Source: Octopus vulgaris
Taxonomy: Eukaryota
Direction: 5' to 3'
Length of the DNA: 64,000 nt
Assembly (NCBI GenBank): GCA_951406725.2
Contig: OX597819.1
Location: forward strand, 54,126,001 to 54,190,000
Of the stretch, positions 1 to 13,279 are shown one piece after another. A program made the translations under genes and the position numbers. Below the pieces are notes generated by a model. The model had not been told where the DNA came from. It ran no database searches and saw only the letters and a list, made by a program, of their open reading frames with translations. Position 1 is the first letter of the stretch. Every line of letters starts with the position of its first letter.

Positions 1-127
1 TGTGTAAGAGCTATTAAGGCAATATGACTCTCCCCAGACACAACAAAATTTGCTTCAACACACAAATTTACATAAAGAATCTTGCAAACCAGATACAAAA
101 ACGAAATATAAACAAGTAGATATATAT

Positions 128-497
128 ATCATCATCATCATCATCGTCATTTAACGTCCGCTTTCCATGCTAGCATGGGTTGGACGATTTGACTGAGGAC
201 TGGTGAACCAAATGGCTGCACGAGACTCCAATCCGATCTGGCAGAGTTTCTACAGCTGGATGCCCTTCCTAATGCCAACCACTCCGAGAGTGTAGTGGGT
301 GCTTTTACGTGCAACCAGCACGAGGGCCAGTCAGGCAGTACTGGCAGCGGCCACGCTCAAATGGTGTTTTTTACGTGCCACCTGCACAGAAGCCAGTCCA
401 GCAGCACTGGCAACGACCTTGCTCGAATGTTTTTTTTCACGTGCCACCGGCGCAAGTGCCAGTAAGGTGACGCTGGTAACGATCACACTCGAATGGT
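128..497 (-). mobile_element. 3' end of an abundant RTE-associated repeat with (GAT)n tail
   Basis: ggcattaggaagggcatccagctgtagaaa...gcggacgttaaatgatgat. Further copies at ~2600-2815, 9520-10143, 23410-23562, 23660-24265, 24315-24735, 37465-37780, 39750-40100 and 44210-44580. Confidence 0.8.
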
Positions 498-902
498 GAT
501 CTCAGTCAATCTCTGAAGGGAAACAACTGCTTCTCACCATTTTATATATATTTGTAATTTCAGACTGCTTAATCAACTGAACACAAATCAAGACTTTGAA
601 TTATCTACAAGTTATTGCTTGATTCAAGTTGTTTCTGTTGCTTAACCTCAGGTCACCCTTGATTCAGCAACTGTATGATTGAAACTGTTCTAGCTATGAC
701 ATTCTGTTGAGACATTTTTTTGTCTTTTTTTTTTTTTTTGATGCATGGCAGTGTGGTTAAGAAATTCACTTTGCAATTGCATGGTTTCTAGGTTCAATCT
801 CCCTGCACAGCACCTTGAGCAAGTATCTTCTACTATAGCCCTGGTCCAATGAATGCCTTGTGAATGAATTTCGTAGATGGAAACTGTAGAACTATGTAGA
901 AA

Positions 903-1133
903 GTGGCAAGCTGGCAGAAACATTAGCACGCTGGACGAAATGCTTAGCGGTTTTTGTGTCTGCCGTTACGTTCTGAGATCAAATTCCGCTGAGGTTGACT
1001 TTGTCTTTCATCCTTTCGGGGTCGATAAATTAAGTACCAGTTATGCACTGGGGTCGATGTAATCGACTTAATCCTTTTGTCTGTCTTTGTTTGTCCCCTC
1101 TATGTTTAGCCCCTTGTGGGCAATAAAGAAATA
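903..1133 (+). mobile_element. SINE family B
   Basis: gctggcagaaac...gttctgagatcaaattcc...tttcatcctttcggggtcgataaattaagtaccag. Copies at ~13050-13240, 13803-14030(-), 15935-16160, 27860-28312(-, two copies) and 34890-35135. Confidence 0.8.
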
Positions 1134-1184
1134 GAAAACTATGTAGAAGTCTGTTGTATAAATATATATATATATTTATATAAA

Positions 1185-1497
1185 TACCCCATTCAGTCAT
1201 AAATGACCATGGGATTGCACCTAGAAAATTACCCTTCAAGGTATAAGTCTGAGCAAAGGTTGTTTATGGAAGACCAACAGTCACACATACCAGCCTCTCC
1301 TCTTCATGCCACCAGTATTATCCAAGGAAAAGGATAGCTTGACACTAGTAATGTTGCAGCTCATTTCTGAGTGAACTGGAGCAACATGAAATAAAGTGTC
1401 TTGCTCAAGAACACAATACACAGCCCAGTCCGGGAATTGAACTCACTACCTTGTGATTGTGAGCCCGATGCTCTAACCACTGAACCATGTGCCTTCA
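1185..1497 (-). mobile_element. tRNA-derived SINE family F (second copy ~18095-18424)
   Basis: Head gaaggcacatggttcagtggttagagc...gagttcaattccc; shared 3' end ctaggtgcaatc. Confidence 0.75.
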
Positions 1498-1785
1498 TAT
1501 GTATACATATACCCTATAGAGTGTAGGATGTACGACCAGGGTAGTACCTCATGGTGAGAAGCCGTTGTTTCCCTGCAGAAATTGACTGAGATCCTATTTA
1601 GTTCCCACTCCTGCTTCTATCTCATGTATGGCTCCACAGATGCTGGACTGTGTGGCAGTGTCCACATTCTGATTCCTGGTTTTGATTGACCAGCTAAATT
1701 ACATGAGTGAACCCAAGTACTATGTTTGAGGGTGGGAATGCTTATCTCTTAATATTTGAAACTGGAATAGCAAAGAGTGCAGAAG

Positions 1786-2020
1786 AAGTTAAGTTAATTT
1801 TTTGGCTCAAAAAGCAAATAGCAAGGCCATGTAGGGGGACATGGAGTTATGTACAGGGAGATTGTTCATGCAAAGAGTTCAGGCCATTTCTGGTCAAGAG
1901 AGACTTTGAACCGAGCGGTCGTCAGCATCTTCACTATCTCGTCCGGCAGCTTATTCCACGGATCCGCAACCCGGACGGAGAAAGCTCCTCTCCTTCGATT
2001 GAGGTGAAATCGTCGCAGAA
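1786..2020 (-). mobile_element. CR1 LINE 3' end, same family as 8615-9045
   Basis: Reverse complement matches ~8805-9040, including the tail. Confidence 0.85.
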
Positions 2021-3120
2021 AACGGGTCTATGGATTTGCTGGCCTGAAAGTGGAGTATGTGACATGCCGTAAGACCAGGTGAACCAACACATAAATGGCA
2101 ACATCAATCAGTCATTATGAAAAGAATTGGGACCTTATCATGTACTATCTTAAACAAATGCCAATTATGTTCCAAACAGATCTGGAGTCTTGGCAAGTTA
2201 GCCCGTGAACACAGGGTGGGCACCTGGCTGGTGGTGATATATGTTTTTGCCAATAGAGTGGGTATATTATTTAAAGTGTATAGTATATTATTTAAAGTGT
2301 ATAGTTAGGTATACAATATTGTAGATCTATTGTGTAAGATGTATGAATTAAGATAGTTGCATCAAGAGGTGCCGATTTCTAACTATAGAGAGAACATGTG
2401 GAAGGGGTAGACCCAGGAAGATGTGGTGAGAAAGGATCTACAGATGTCGGGATTCACAAAGGGGATGACAGGGTTTGCTGTGCTTGGAAAAAAACACCAA
2501 GCTTAGTAAAAGCATGGTTGTCTTCGCATACAGACTTGTTCCTGCATCACACTCCAGCTGAGCATTCATAATCTTGCAGGCTCATGGGTATTGGTGCAAT
2601 GTAAAAAGTACCTAAACTGGTGCCACATAAAAGTACCTGTACCAGTGCTGCATAAAAGTACCCAGTATATTCTGTAAAGTGGTTGGCATTAGGAAGCGCT
2701 TCCAGCCATAGAAACCATGCCAAAAGAGACATTGAGCCAGGGCAGTTCTTCAGCTGGTCAGCTCCTGACAAACTGTCAACCCATGCCAGCATAGAAAACA
2801 GACATTAAATGATGATTACAGCTGGTCTTACCAGTCAGTTTATCACCAGATGTTAGATAACTGGGTGGTTATGTAATATATGTGCTCTTCAGGGATGGCA
2901 AGTGTGGGAAAAAGGGCTACAGTTCTGTGTTGGAAGTGAGAAAATATCACATCCACATTGTGGGTGCTGTGAAAAAGAGGAAATGAAGTCTATCCTTTGA
3001 TAGACAAGAATTTTTCATGGCAAATAGCTGTGCCTTGTTGAGGAGAATGAGGTTAATAAAAGCATAAAAGTTAGAGATATCTAACTGAATGAATTTACTT
3101 TGCTTTTTTTTTTTTTTTTT

Positions 3121-3830
3121 TTAGCTAATGCTGGAAAACCAATCAATTACTTCATTGGAGTTAGACCATATGTTAAGTTTTATAGTATTTTTAAGTGTGG
3201 GTATGCACTTATCAATGACGTGCTTACTAGCTTTGCCTAAATCTGCTTTTGAGGGGCATATCAGCCTTACAGGTGGGTTAGTAGTGAAGCTAGGTTTATG
3301 GTCATTCAGGTTGACTTGTTGGGGTCTGGGTTGGTAAGGTTCAATCCTGTCTTCTAACTTTAACTTTTCTACGATTTGTTTAGCCTGTAAGTTTAAATTA
3401 GTTTTGTTATTTTCATGTGTTATTTTGTAATTTTTCAGGATTGCCTTTTTAAGCAAGTGTGGTATAAATCATAGTCTAAATGGTATAAGTTACTGGTTTC
3501 GTTCATCTGTACAAGAATCTGTTTTCTTCTTGAGATCCGTTGCTGGTGTGCACAGTTTCCTTAAGTGTTCGTTTCTTTGTATGAGGGAATTTGTAGAATT
3601 TAATGTTATTTACAATACTCCAAAGTTCATCTTTGAATCCAGCCAGTTGCAGATTAGGTGGTGGAAATTTCTGAGATTTAAATAAATGCTGTAATTTCTC
3701 ATAATTTATGGTGTGGTATGGTGTTTCTTTCCTTCTTAGTCAAAATGGTATACACGTCGCCTTGATTATACAGAGAAACTTTCAAATTGTCATCCTGAAT
3801 AAGTTTCTTATATTACATGTATCTGATTTA
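3121..3830 (-). pseudogene. Penelope-like retroelement RT N-terminal remnant
   Basis: LNDHKPSFTTNPPVRLICPSKADLGKASKHVID...NIWSNSNEVIDWF resembles the KDHK..F..NP..RLINP.K.EIG..SK motif of aquatic-invertebrate PLEs. Upstream frameshifted PPPN...FKDEL segment. Confidence 0.6.
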
Positions 3831-4074
3831 ATCTGAAGGAATTTAAGTTATTTTTATTTAATTGTATTAAGTACCTAGTTGTTGTACATGAGAAATACAC
3901 TCTGACTTACTTTAGGATCTAGAACTATATGTTTCATCCTTAAACTTAAGGTCAAGATGAGGTCAAATATGATGTAATTTTTATAGCTATATCAAGTTTC
4001 TAAACCTCCTCACATTCTTTTTTCTATCTAAAACCATAGTAACCTAGCAAATTACATTGGCGACACATAAATAT

Positions 4075-4745
4075 TGTTTTTCACATGCCACTGGCACAAG
4101 TGCCAGTAAGGCGACGCTGGAAACGATCATGCTCGAATGGTGCTTTTTACATGCCACCGGCATGGGAGCCAGTCAGTGGCTCTGGCAACAATCATGCCCG
4201 GATGGTGCGCCTTTAGCGCTCCACTAGCACAGATGCCAGTCATGCTGTGCTATCATCGAATTTGATTTTGATTTCACTTGCCTCAACAGGTCTTCGCAAG
4301 CAGAGTTTAGTGTCCAATGAAGAAAAGGTATGTATAAGTGGGCTAGTTACACCCCTGGCATAGGCCACAGGTTATGGTCTCACTTGGCTTGTCAGGTCTT
4401 CTCAAGCACAGCATATTTCCAAAGGTCTCGGTCACTAGTCATTGCCTCAGTGAGGCCTAATGTTCGAAGGTCATGCTTCACCACCTCATCCCAGGGTTTC
4501 CTGGGTCCAAGTTCTTCCACAGGTTCCCTCAACCACTAGGGTGTCGCACTTTTTCACACAGCTATCTTCATCCATTCTCACCACATGACTATACCAGCAC
4601 AGTCATCTTTCTTGCACACCACATCTGATGCTTCTTGGGTCCAACTTTTCTCTCAAGGCACTTACACTGTCAAGTATGCACACTGACATTACACATCCAG
4701 CGGAGCATACTTGCTTCATTCCTTGCAAGCTTACGCATGTCCTCG
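4075..4745 (-). mobile_element. RTE-type LINE 3' ORF end plus 3' UTR
   Basis: LREKLDPRSIRCGVQER and RPRKPWDEVVKHDL-type fragments, followed by the tggcac-containing minisatellite UTR. Confidence 0.7.
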
Positions 4746-4757
4746 TGTATATATATA

Positions 4758-5660
4758 CCGTGGGGGGAAATAAATATTCGTACATATCAAAATTCTTTAT
4801 TTATTTAATTTCTAATGAACATAAATGGGATATACCAATACTATATTTGCATACACATGTATAAATTAAGAATATGCAAAAGAAACTAATAAATTATAGT
4901 AACTAAGGAATTTATATTCAATTATAAATATTTAGGGGTGAAAAAAGTATTCGTACAGAACATAAATAACTGATAATTCTGATTTAATACTTTGTAGCAT
5001 AACCATTATTTAGTTCCACTTCAACCAATCTCTTCTTGTAGTTCTTAATCAATGACTTGCATGTTTCTTTAGGAATTTTTTCCCATTCTTCTTGACAAAT
5101 TTTCTTCAAATCTGCAATGCACGTTGGGGCTCTTGAATGAATTTTAATTTTCAAATAACGCCACAAATTTTTAATGGGGTTCAAGTCAGGTGACTGGCGT
5201 GGCCATTCTAATAATTTTATATTGTGATCAACAATCCATTTTTTGGTAGACTTCGCGTGTGCTTAGGGTCGTTATCCTGTTGTAAAACCCACCTTCACAA
5301 AGCTGGAGCTTTTCTTCAAAGTCCCATAAATTATTGTTCAAAATATTTTGGTACATCTCAGCATTCATTCTACCATCTATCACATGTAAATTGCCAGTAC
5401 CATTTGCAGAGAATCACCTCCACACCATGATGTTGCCACCTCCAAACTTTACAGTAGGAATTGTGTTTTTTGGCAAATAGGTGGTACCATCTTTCCTCCA
5501 AACATGGCTATGCAAATTTTGTTCAAACAATTCAATTTTCAACTGGTCATAGAGTGACAAGCGACTTGTCAGACCCAAATGGCCAAAGGCACATCTTTTT
5601 TCAGCTGGCAATAAATAGGATAAAACTTCTTTGGTCATTTGAATTTGATGAGTCACCTAT
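4758..5660 (-). mobile_element. Tc1-family transposon 3' half (degenerate transposase with IR/DR-type end)
   Basis: Motifs TVKFGGGNIMVW, QQDNDPKH, WPRQSPDLNPIKNLW...GYATKY. TA then ccgtggggggaaataaatattcgtaca, with an inner direct repeat at ~4934. Confidence 0.85.
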
Positions 5661-5866
5661 ACTGGTTAAGTGCTTGACAGATGTGAAACCACTGGGCACT
5701 CTATGACTGGCCATAAAATTTAATTTCCGAAATATACATATATATATTCAAATTTTCAATGGTTGAGGATAAGCATCTTATGTTTGGAAACTTCAAGTAC
5801 CACAGAATTTGAATCAAACTGTTTTGATCTATCTATCTGTCTGTCTGTCTGTACATATATATATAT

Positions 5867-6283
5867 ATCACCTTGATCACCTTGACCGACCAGTACATCA
5901 GGCGTCCATTTGGTCACAGCACGCTGTCCACTCCTCTCTGGATCGCGCCTTTCTCATCCATGTGATCCCAATCGTCCTCCTGAAATCGTAATTCCACCAT
6001 CGTGGAGGTCTTCTGGGTGGTCTTTTCCACTCGCACGGGTACCACTCGACAACTGCGTGCGTCCACCGATTATCGGTGAGCCAGGCAACGTGTCCAGCCC
6101 ATCTATACTTGCTGCGTGTATACTTTGCGATGATATCTCTCACGCCAGACTTCTTTCTGATGATCTCGCTACTTATGTGCTCTCTCAACGAGATACCAAG
6201 CATTGACCTTTCCATGGCTCTTTGAGCCGTTACCAGTCTTTGCTCTTCTCTCTTTGTGGTAGCCCATGTTTCACTACCATATA

Positions 6284-6285
<2 letters not shown>
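5867..6285 (-). mobile_element. RTE-clade LINE 3' fragment
   Basis: VLYGSETW...QRAMERSMLGISLREH...RWAGHVA...KRPPRRPPRWW. Confidence 0.88.
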
Positions 6286-6317
<32 letters not shown>

Positions 6318-6524
6318 TCTTTTATTTGTTTCAGTCATTTGACTGTGGCCATGCTGGAGCACCGCCTTTAGTGGAGCAAATCGACCCCAGGATTTATTCT
6401 TTGTAAGCCTAGTACTTATCCTATCGGTCTCTCTTGCTGAACCACTAAGTGATGGGGACATAAACACAACAGCATCGGTTGTCAAGCGATGTTGGGTGGG
6501 GGACACAAACACAGACATGCAAAC

Positions 6525-6583
<59 letters not shown>

Positions 6584-6749
6584 TACGACGGGCTTCTTTC
6601 ATTTTCCGTCTACCAAATCCACTAACAAGGCTTTGGTTGGCCCGAGGCTATAGTAGAAGACACTTGCCCAAGGTGCCACGCAGTGGGACTGAACCTGGAA
6701 CCATGTGGTTCATAAGCATGCTACTTACCACACAGCCACTCCTGTACCT

Positions 6750-6912
<163 letters not shown>

Positions 6913-8031
6913 AGACATTAAAAATAAATGTTTTTATTATTTTTAAACAGAAATTAATTCATGTGAAGTGATTAACAATTGCAGTAAGTTTCTCTTTTTA
7001 TTTTGAAGTAAAATAATCAAATTTCATTCATATTTGAACTGTATAAATATATTTTGCTTACAAATGTAGTTGTTTCACTTTTTGAAAATTTATAAGGTGT
7101 TTCGATTTCATTTTATTAAGGATGAAAATATAATTATAAATCCAAACAAAATATATTTATTTACAAAAAATAGTACTGCAGCTGTAAATCATATAATTTA
7201 AATCAGTTTCTGACTTTAAAAAAAATTTAATTAAAATATTTTTTTTAATTAAATTATTATTTATTGTCTTTATCCCTTGGTCTTAGATGTTATGTTAATT
7301 CACATCAAGTTACATCCTGCAATCTTAGGTATCCAGCACCTTTTTTAAGCTTCTTACTGTCCCTAGTAAACAGGCATTCTGAATAAGAGGGAAGCTTATG
7401 CCACAACCAAGATGTTCCTCGGATTTTTTGAAATTTCTGCTTAAGGTACCCAAAGTGCCAATGACAAGTGACACTACCTTTACACGCTTACATTTCCATA
7501 GCACAAATCTAATATTTTAAATCATTGTACTTATCAAACTTTTCTTGTTTTTTTTTCTCTTCTACTCTGGTATCAAAGGTGCATACTATATATCCACTAT
7601 TATATGTTGATGAAATGTTTTGTGAAAGATAACAATGCTGGACTGAAAGTGTTCCATCTTTGTATTTTCATTCTCCAGCATCCTCTCCACCTTGTGCTCA
7701 TACCACTTTTCAAAAGAAAAGTTGTATTTCATACAGATGTCCTAACCAATGCACAACATTCACCTCCCTACCTTGCCTCCACTTCTTATATTCTTTCTAT
7801 GGTGACATTCTGACATATGTGTGCAATTATTTCTTCTCTTCCACGGCACATTTTTAACATAACAGGTACTCTTTACACTTTTACTTGTTTCAGTCATTTG
7901 ACTGTGGCCATGCTGGAGCACCACCTTTTTACTTGATCAAATCGACCCCAGGATCCGCTAAGTTACGGGGATGTAAACACACCAGCATTGGTTGTCAAGT
8001 GATGTTGGGGGACAAACATAAACATATACAT

Positions 8032-8072
<41 letters not shown>

Positions 8073-8614
8073 TATACGACGGGCTTCTTTCAGTTTCCGT
8101 CTACCAAATCCACTCACAAGGCTTTGGTCGGCCCGAGGCTATAGTAGAAGACACTTGCCCGAGGTGCCACGCAGTGGGACTGAACTCGGAACCATGTGGT
8201 TGGTAAGCAAGCTACTTACCACACAGCCACTTCTACACTTCCCATCAATATTTTCTTTGTCAATGACTTTCCTGATGTTTCTCATTCACCATGCTTGCTC
8301 CTGTGCAGCCATCATCTTTATTCTTTTCTTTGATTTCACTTCATTAAACAATCTATGCCAGATGCCAATCAGACACCTAGAGCAGGTATTGTCATATAAT
8401 GGTGAACATTTCATGGCATAATATTGCTATAAAGAGATATAAAATTAATTTTTACTCAGTATATAGAAACATAAATTAAAACAACAGGGTATAAAAAAGA
8501 TTATGTAAACGAAGGAAATTCAGTATTAATTATTCAACATTACAAAGATAAAAAATTTATGCAGAATGTGAGCTTTGCTGTTGAGGACAATTTTTTGAAT
8601 TTCATAAATATTAG

Positions 8615-9045
8615 GTTTACAAGCATTTGTCTTATGAAGAAAGGCTGAAGAAGCTCGACCTTTATTCTCTAGAAAAACGACAACGCCATGGTGATCTCAT
8701 TCTTGCTCACAACATCATAAGCAGAAAGTGTAACCTCTCAAAAGAGCTGTTCTTCACTCCTGCTCCAGAGCGTAGGCTGCGGGGTCACTCCGAAAAGCTC
8801 TATCTGCGACGATTTCACCTCAATCGAAGGAGAAGGGCTTTCTCTGTCCGGGTTGCGGATCCGTGGAATAAGCTGCCAGACGAGATAGTGAAGATGTCGA
8901 CAACCGCTTGGTTCAAAGTCTCTCTAGAACAGAAATGGCCTGAACTCTTTGCATGAACACCCCTGTACATAATTCCATGTCCCCCTACATGGCCTTGCTT
9001 TTTGCTTTTTGAGCCAAAAAATTAACTTAACTTAACTTAACTTAA
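8615..9045 (+). mobile_element. CR1-clade LINE 3' end with (AACTT)n tail
   Basis: LSYEERLKKLDLYSLEKR..GDLI...LRGHSEKL...FSVRVADPWNKLP. Confidence 0.88.
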
Positions 9046-9150
9046 TATTTTCAAGAAATTCTTTTATTCCTTTCTTTATGACAATGCTAATTATAACAGG
9101 GATTGTTTGTATCTTCTATAATCATATTCTGCTGGTCTCAAGATCTAAGT

Positions 9151-9463
9151 CAATGGTTTCCAACATGGGTTCATATGACCTCCGGTGTCTATGTAAGATT
9201 TCTTAAATTGGGGACCCACAGTGTATTTTAAAGGTCCATGAGAAAATTTTTCTTTAAATGTATTTATTGTAAGAAACAGCTAGGTTTCTTTCTCTAACAT
9301 TTTACATAGTTCAACCTACACAAGTTAACAGGAAAAGCAAAATAGCAATTTTGAAAGAAGTATCTATAAAACTAGTTTTTACACATCTAATGTCTATGAG
9401 GGTCCACCACAGTAAAATAGTAACCAAAGGGGTCCATAAATAAAAAATGGCTGAGAACCACTG
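9151..9463. mobile_element. hAT MITE, uninterrupted copy of the same family
   Basis: caatggtttccaac ... ggctgagaaccactg; TSD atctaagt/gtctaagt; internal sequence matches 31095-31385. Confidence 0.75.
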
Positions 9464-9581
9464 GTCTAAGTCTTTGTATTTTGCAAATTTGTTATACCCT
9501 TTAGCAGATACATTTTTGTTAATGAAACCAAATCAAAATAGATGAACATCAATGGAATTTGTATCCTTGTGGTACCAGTGC

Positions 9582-9975
9582 CGGTGGCACATAAGAAAAC
9601 CATCCGAACGTGACCGTAGCCAGTACCGCATCGACTGGCCTCCGTGCTGAGGGCACGTAACAAACACCATCCGAGCGTGGCCGTTCGCCAGCCTCGTCTG
9701 GCACCTGTGTCGGTGGCACATAAGAAAACACCATCCGAGCGTGGCCGTCTGCCAGCCTCGTCTGGCACCTGTGTCGGTGGCACATAAAAAACACCATCCG
9801 AGCGTTGCTGTCTGCCAGCCTCGTCTGGCACCTGTGTCGGTGGCACATAAAAACACCATCTGAGTGTGGCCGTCTGCCAGCCTCGTCTGGCACCTGTGTC
9901 GGTGGCACATAAAATCACCATCCGAGCGTGGCCGTCTGCCAGCCTCGTCTGGCACCTGTGTCGGTGGCACATAAA
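9582..9975 (+). repeat. ~60-bp minisatellite (about 6-7 units) within the RTE-associated repeat
   Basis: Unit cggtggcacataaaaacaccatccgagcgtggccgtctgccagcctcgtctggcacctgtgt; one unit recurs inverted at ~43135-43197. Confidence 0.9.
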
Positions 9976-10162
9976 ATCACCCACTACACTCTCGGAGTGG
10001 TTGGAGTTAGGAAGGGCATCCAGCTGTAGAAACACTGCCAGATCTGACTGGCCTGGTGCAGCCTTCGAGCTTGCCAGACTCCAGTTGAACCGTCCAACCC
10101 ATGCTAGCATGGAAAGCGGACGTTAAACGATGATGATGATGATAAGTGTGCATGCATGTGTA

Positions 10163-10329
10163 ATATTTTATTTTGATGAGTCAGTCTCTTGCTATTCTGA
10201 GTTTCACCTGTAGGTGTGCAGGGCCTTCTGGTTAGTTATTACAAGTTGTCACAACTAGCCTGAAGATCATGTGCATCTGCAGGTGAAACTCAGAGCATCA
10301 AGTGACTAAATTAACCAAAATAAAAATAT
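10163..10329. repeat. Imperfect palindrome (~82-bp arms) carrying a hammerhead-like motif in each arm
   Basis: Arms align around a centre at ~10245. The right arm has CTGAAGA (10260) and GAAAC (10285). Confidence 0.75.
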
Positions 10330-11339
10330 CATGGTATAGATGTGAAGTGTGGGTGTGTTTATAGCAGTCAGGATCGTTTAATATTTTTCTTGTTCTCTTT
10401 CCCTCTGTATCTGTTTATGCATGTAAGCACATTTATCTTTATGTATATGAGGAAAGGAAAAGTATTTGCATAAACAATTAATAAATTGTAATGCTCTTTC
10501 TCTTTCATACTCTCTCTCTCTCTCTTTCTGTGTATGTATATGTGTATATTTTTGTGCATATATGAATGTGTGTGTGTATATGGGGTTGCCTTCAGTGTCA
10601 AAATGTGCTGCCACTGAAAAAACCAGCACCAAAACAGGTTCAATGTCCAGTCAGCCATGTCAAATTACCAGCCTTCAAATAGCTACACCTAGCAAACCAT
10701 GCATCACAAAGACTGTTCTTTCTCTTCCAAATCAGAAAATTCTGTATTCTTCAACAACTATTAACCTTTTACAAAGTTCACTAGCTCCAGATTGCATCAA
10801 GATAAAGACCATCCAGCTGATTGTTGCCTACCAGCACACTGCAATCTCTGTCTCACAAACATGTTGCTTCCTTGCTCTGCTTCTCTACCACTTCTACAGT
10901 AGCCTCTGCTCCTTGGAATTGGCTGGCCTGTTACCACTCCACTTGTGTCCTACAAACTCATTCCTCCTCCTCCTCCTCCTCCTTCTGCTTCTTCTTCTTC
11001 TTCTTCTTCTTCTTCTTCTTCTTTTCAGGGCCACACTAACCACTTTTCCAAATCCTTCTCCTCACAACACCGGTCCTCTAGAATTCAATTCCTGTCCATT
11101 TTTTTTACTGCCTGCAGTTGTCAACTTGGAATTGTTCAAAAAGAACATTAACCATGTTGTATCACAAGTCTTGGAGATTCTATGAATATTATGAGCACAA
11201 TCTCCTCTTCTACACTAAACCATTGAGAAAGTGGTATTCTAATAATGACTAGCTCATTTATATCTTTTATTTGTTTCAGTCATTGGACTGTGGTCATGCT
11301 GGAGTACCAGCCTGAAGGATTAAACCCAGTACTTATCTT

Positions 11340-12066
11340 GGATCTTTACCTTTTGACCTACAGATTTAAATAATAATTTTCTGTAACTAAACTCTTTCAA
11401 ACTTCGGACACTGGTAGAATGTGTCATATAAAACATCTTTTACTCTTGGCATTTTTGAGAAAACTTATATTTACGAAGTTATTTCATGTTAAAGTTCTTG
11501 TATTTCAGTAATTTCAACCAATCAATGACGTGTATTCAGCTGAATAAAATTATTGCCGTTGTTTGTCAACAAGAACTTCCGGCAGTGTATATTTCATTTG
11601 TCACTGATATTTATGACAACCCTAACCCTAACCCAAAAACCTTAACCCTAACCCTAACCCTAAAACCATAACCCTAACCCTAACCCTAAAACCCTAACCC
11701 TAACCCTAAAACCCTAACCCTAAAACCCTAACCATAACCCTAACCCTAAAACCTTAAAGCTAAAACCAGTACAAATACACGAACAATGTCATAAATAATA
11801 GTGACAAACGAAATATACACCGCTGATAGCTGTTGTTGACAAACAATGGCAGTAATTTTATTCAGCTGAATAAACATCATTGATTGGTTGAAATTACCAA
11901 AATACAAGAACTTTAACATGAAATAACTTTGTAAATATAAGTTTTTCTCAAAAATGCTAAGAGTAAAAGATGTTTTATATGACACATTCTACCAGTGTCT
12001 GAAGTTTGAAATTGTTTAGTTACAAAAAATTATTTTTTAAATCTTTAGGTCAAAAGGTAAAGATCC
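11340..12066. mobile_element. Fold-back/MITE element with ~280-bp inverted arms around a telomere-like (CCCTAA)n core, inserted in a SINE
   Basis: Termini ggatctttacc...ggtaaagatcc. Arms span 11340-11618 and 11787-12066. ccctaa/cctaaaa repeats at 11620-11765. The host SINE continues on both sides. Confidence 0.85.
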
Positions 12067-13279
12067 CCAGGCTCTTTTTGTCAAACTGCTAAGTTATGAA
12101 GATGTAAACAAACCAACACCAGTTGCCATGCAGTGGTGGAAGACAAACACAAACGTAAACACACACACATATGGAATAGGCTTCTTTCTATTTCTCCTCA
12201 ACCAAAACCATTCACAAAGCTTCAGTGGACTGGAATTATAGTTGAAGACAATGGCCCAACACACCACGCAGTGGGACTGAACCTGGAACCATGTGGTTAG
12301 GAAACAAACTTCTTATTGCACAAACACACCTGCTTATAAACAGTGTATGCAATGTGTCGCATTTTTAAGCTGTTAGGGTGTGCAATTCAAAAGCGAGAGG
12401 TTTTAGCTACCATTTCTAACAGCTTGAATAACCACATAGAGAGTTCCCACTTTGAATTGAATGTTCTAGTGCAAGACAGTGGTTAAACATTGTACTGATG
12501 GGACTGCGTGGGTTAGAGCAGATTGTACGCATGAACTGACATATTTTAAAACGGTCTTTCTATTTTATATGATTCTCTTTGATGTGTAGGTGGCTTTATG
12601 ATATGTGGTATATATGCAAGTCTGAGTAATGGAGAGAGAGAGAGTTGTACTGGAATTATTTGTAACTTATTGTAAATTGTGGTTTCAGATAAATCTGTAT
12701 TCAGACTAGTTTTTGTACTCTTCTTACTTTAAATGTTTTACTGAGGAGTGCTCAAGATATTTGGCATTTTTTCCTTTTTTGTTGTTGTTTTGTTTATTAT
12801 ATGTTCTGTGTACTGTATGATAATAATTGAGGTGCTGCATGTGATTTATAAAAAAATATGTATTGCGTGTGTGTGTGTGCGTGTGTGTGTGTGAGTGAGT
12901 TTGAGTGAGTGAGTGTGCGTGTGTGTATGCGTGTGTGTGTGCGTGTGTGTGTTCACGAGGAATGACATATAATACAAGACATTTTTGTAATGTCACTGAC
13001 AGTTATTTTATTTGTTGTCCTTAATTCTTCTAAATACAGCAAAGTAAAGCAGTGAGCTGGCAGAACTGTTAGCATGCAGGGTAAAATGCATATCTTTACA
13101 TTCAAATTCTCCTGAGGTCACCTTTGTCTTTCTTTCTTTCAGGGTTGATAAAATAAGTACCAGTTGTACACTGGGGGGTCGATATAATTGATTTATCCAC
13201 TTCCCAAAATTGCTAGCCTTATGCCAAATTTGAAATCAGTTCTCATTACAGCAAAAGTTGCAATGAAATCCATGCATAA

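Noticed and set aside
9582-9975. CRISPR-like regular ~60-bp periodicity
   Set aside because: Whole units are near-identical with no unique spacers, there are no cas genes, and the context is eukaryotic. It is a minisatellite in a retroposon 3' region.
9466-10126. Overlapping ORFs of 86-214 aa
   Set aside because: Artefacts of the stop-poor tandem repeat.
10466-11185. 239-aa ORF
   Set aside because: Runs through microsatellites (poly-Leu from CTT/CTC repeats); no recognisable domain or splice structure.
11620-11765. Chromosome end or fusion scar
   Set aside because: Short, degenerate, single-orientation tract enclosed in the arms of a mobile element.
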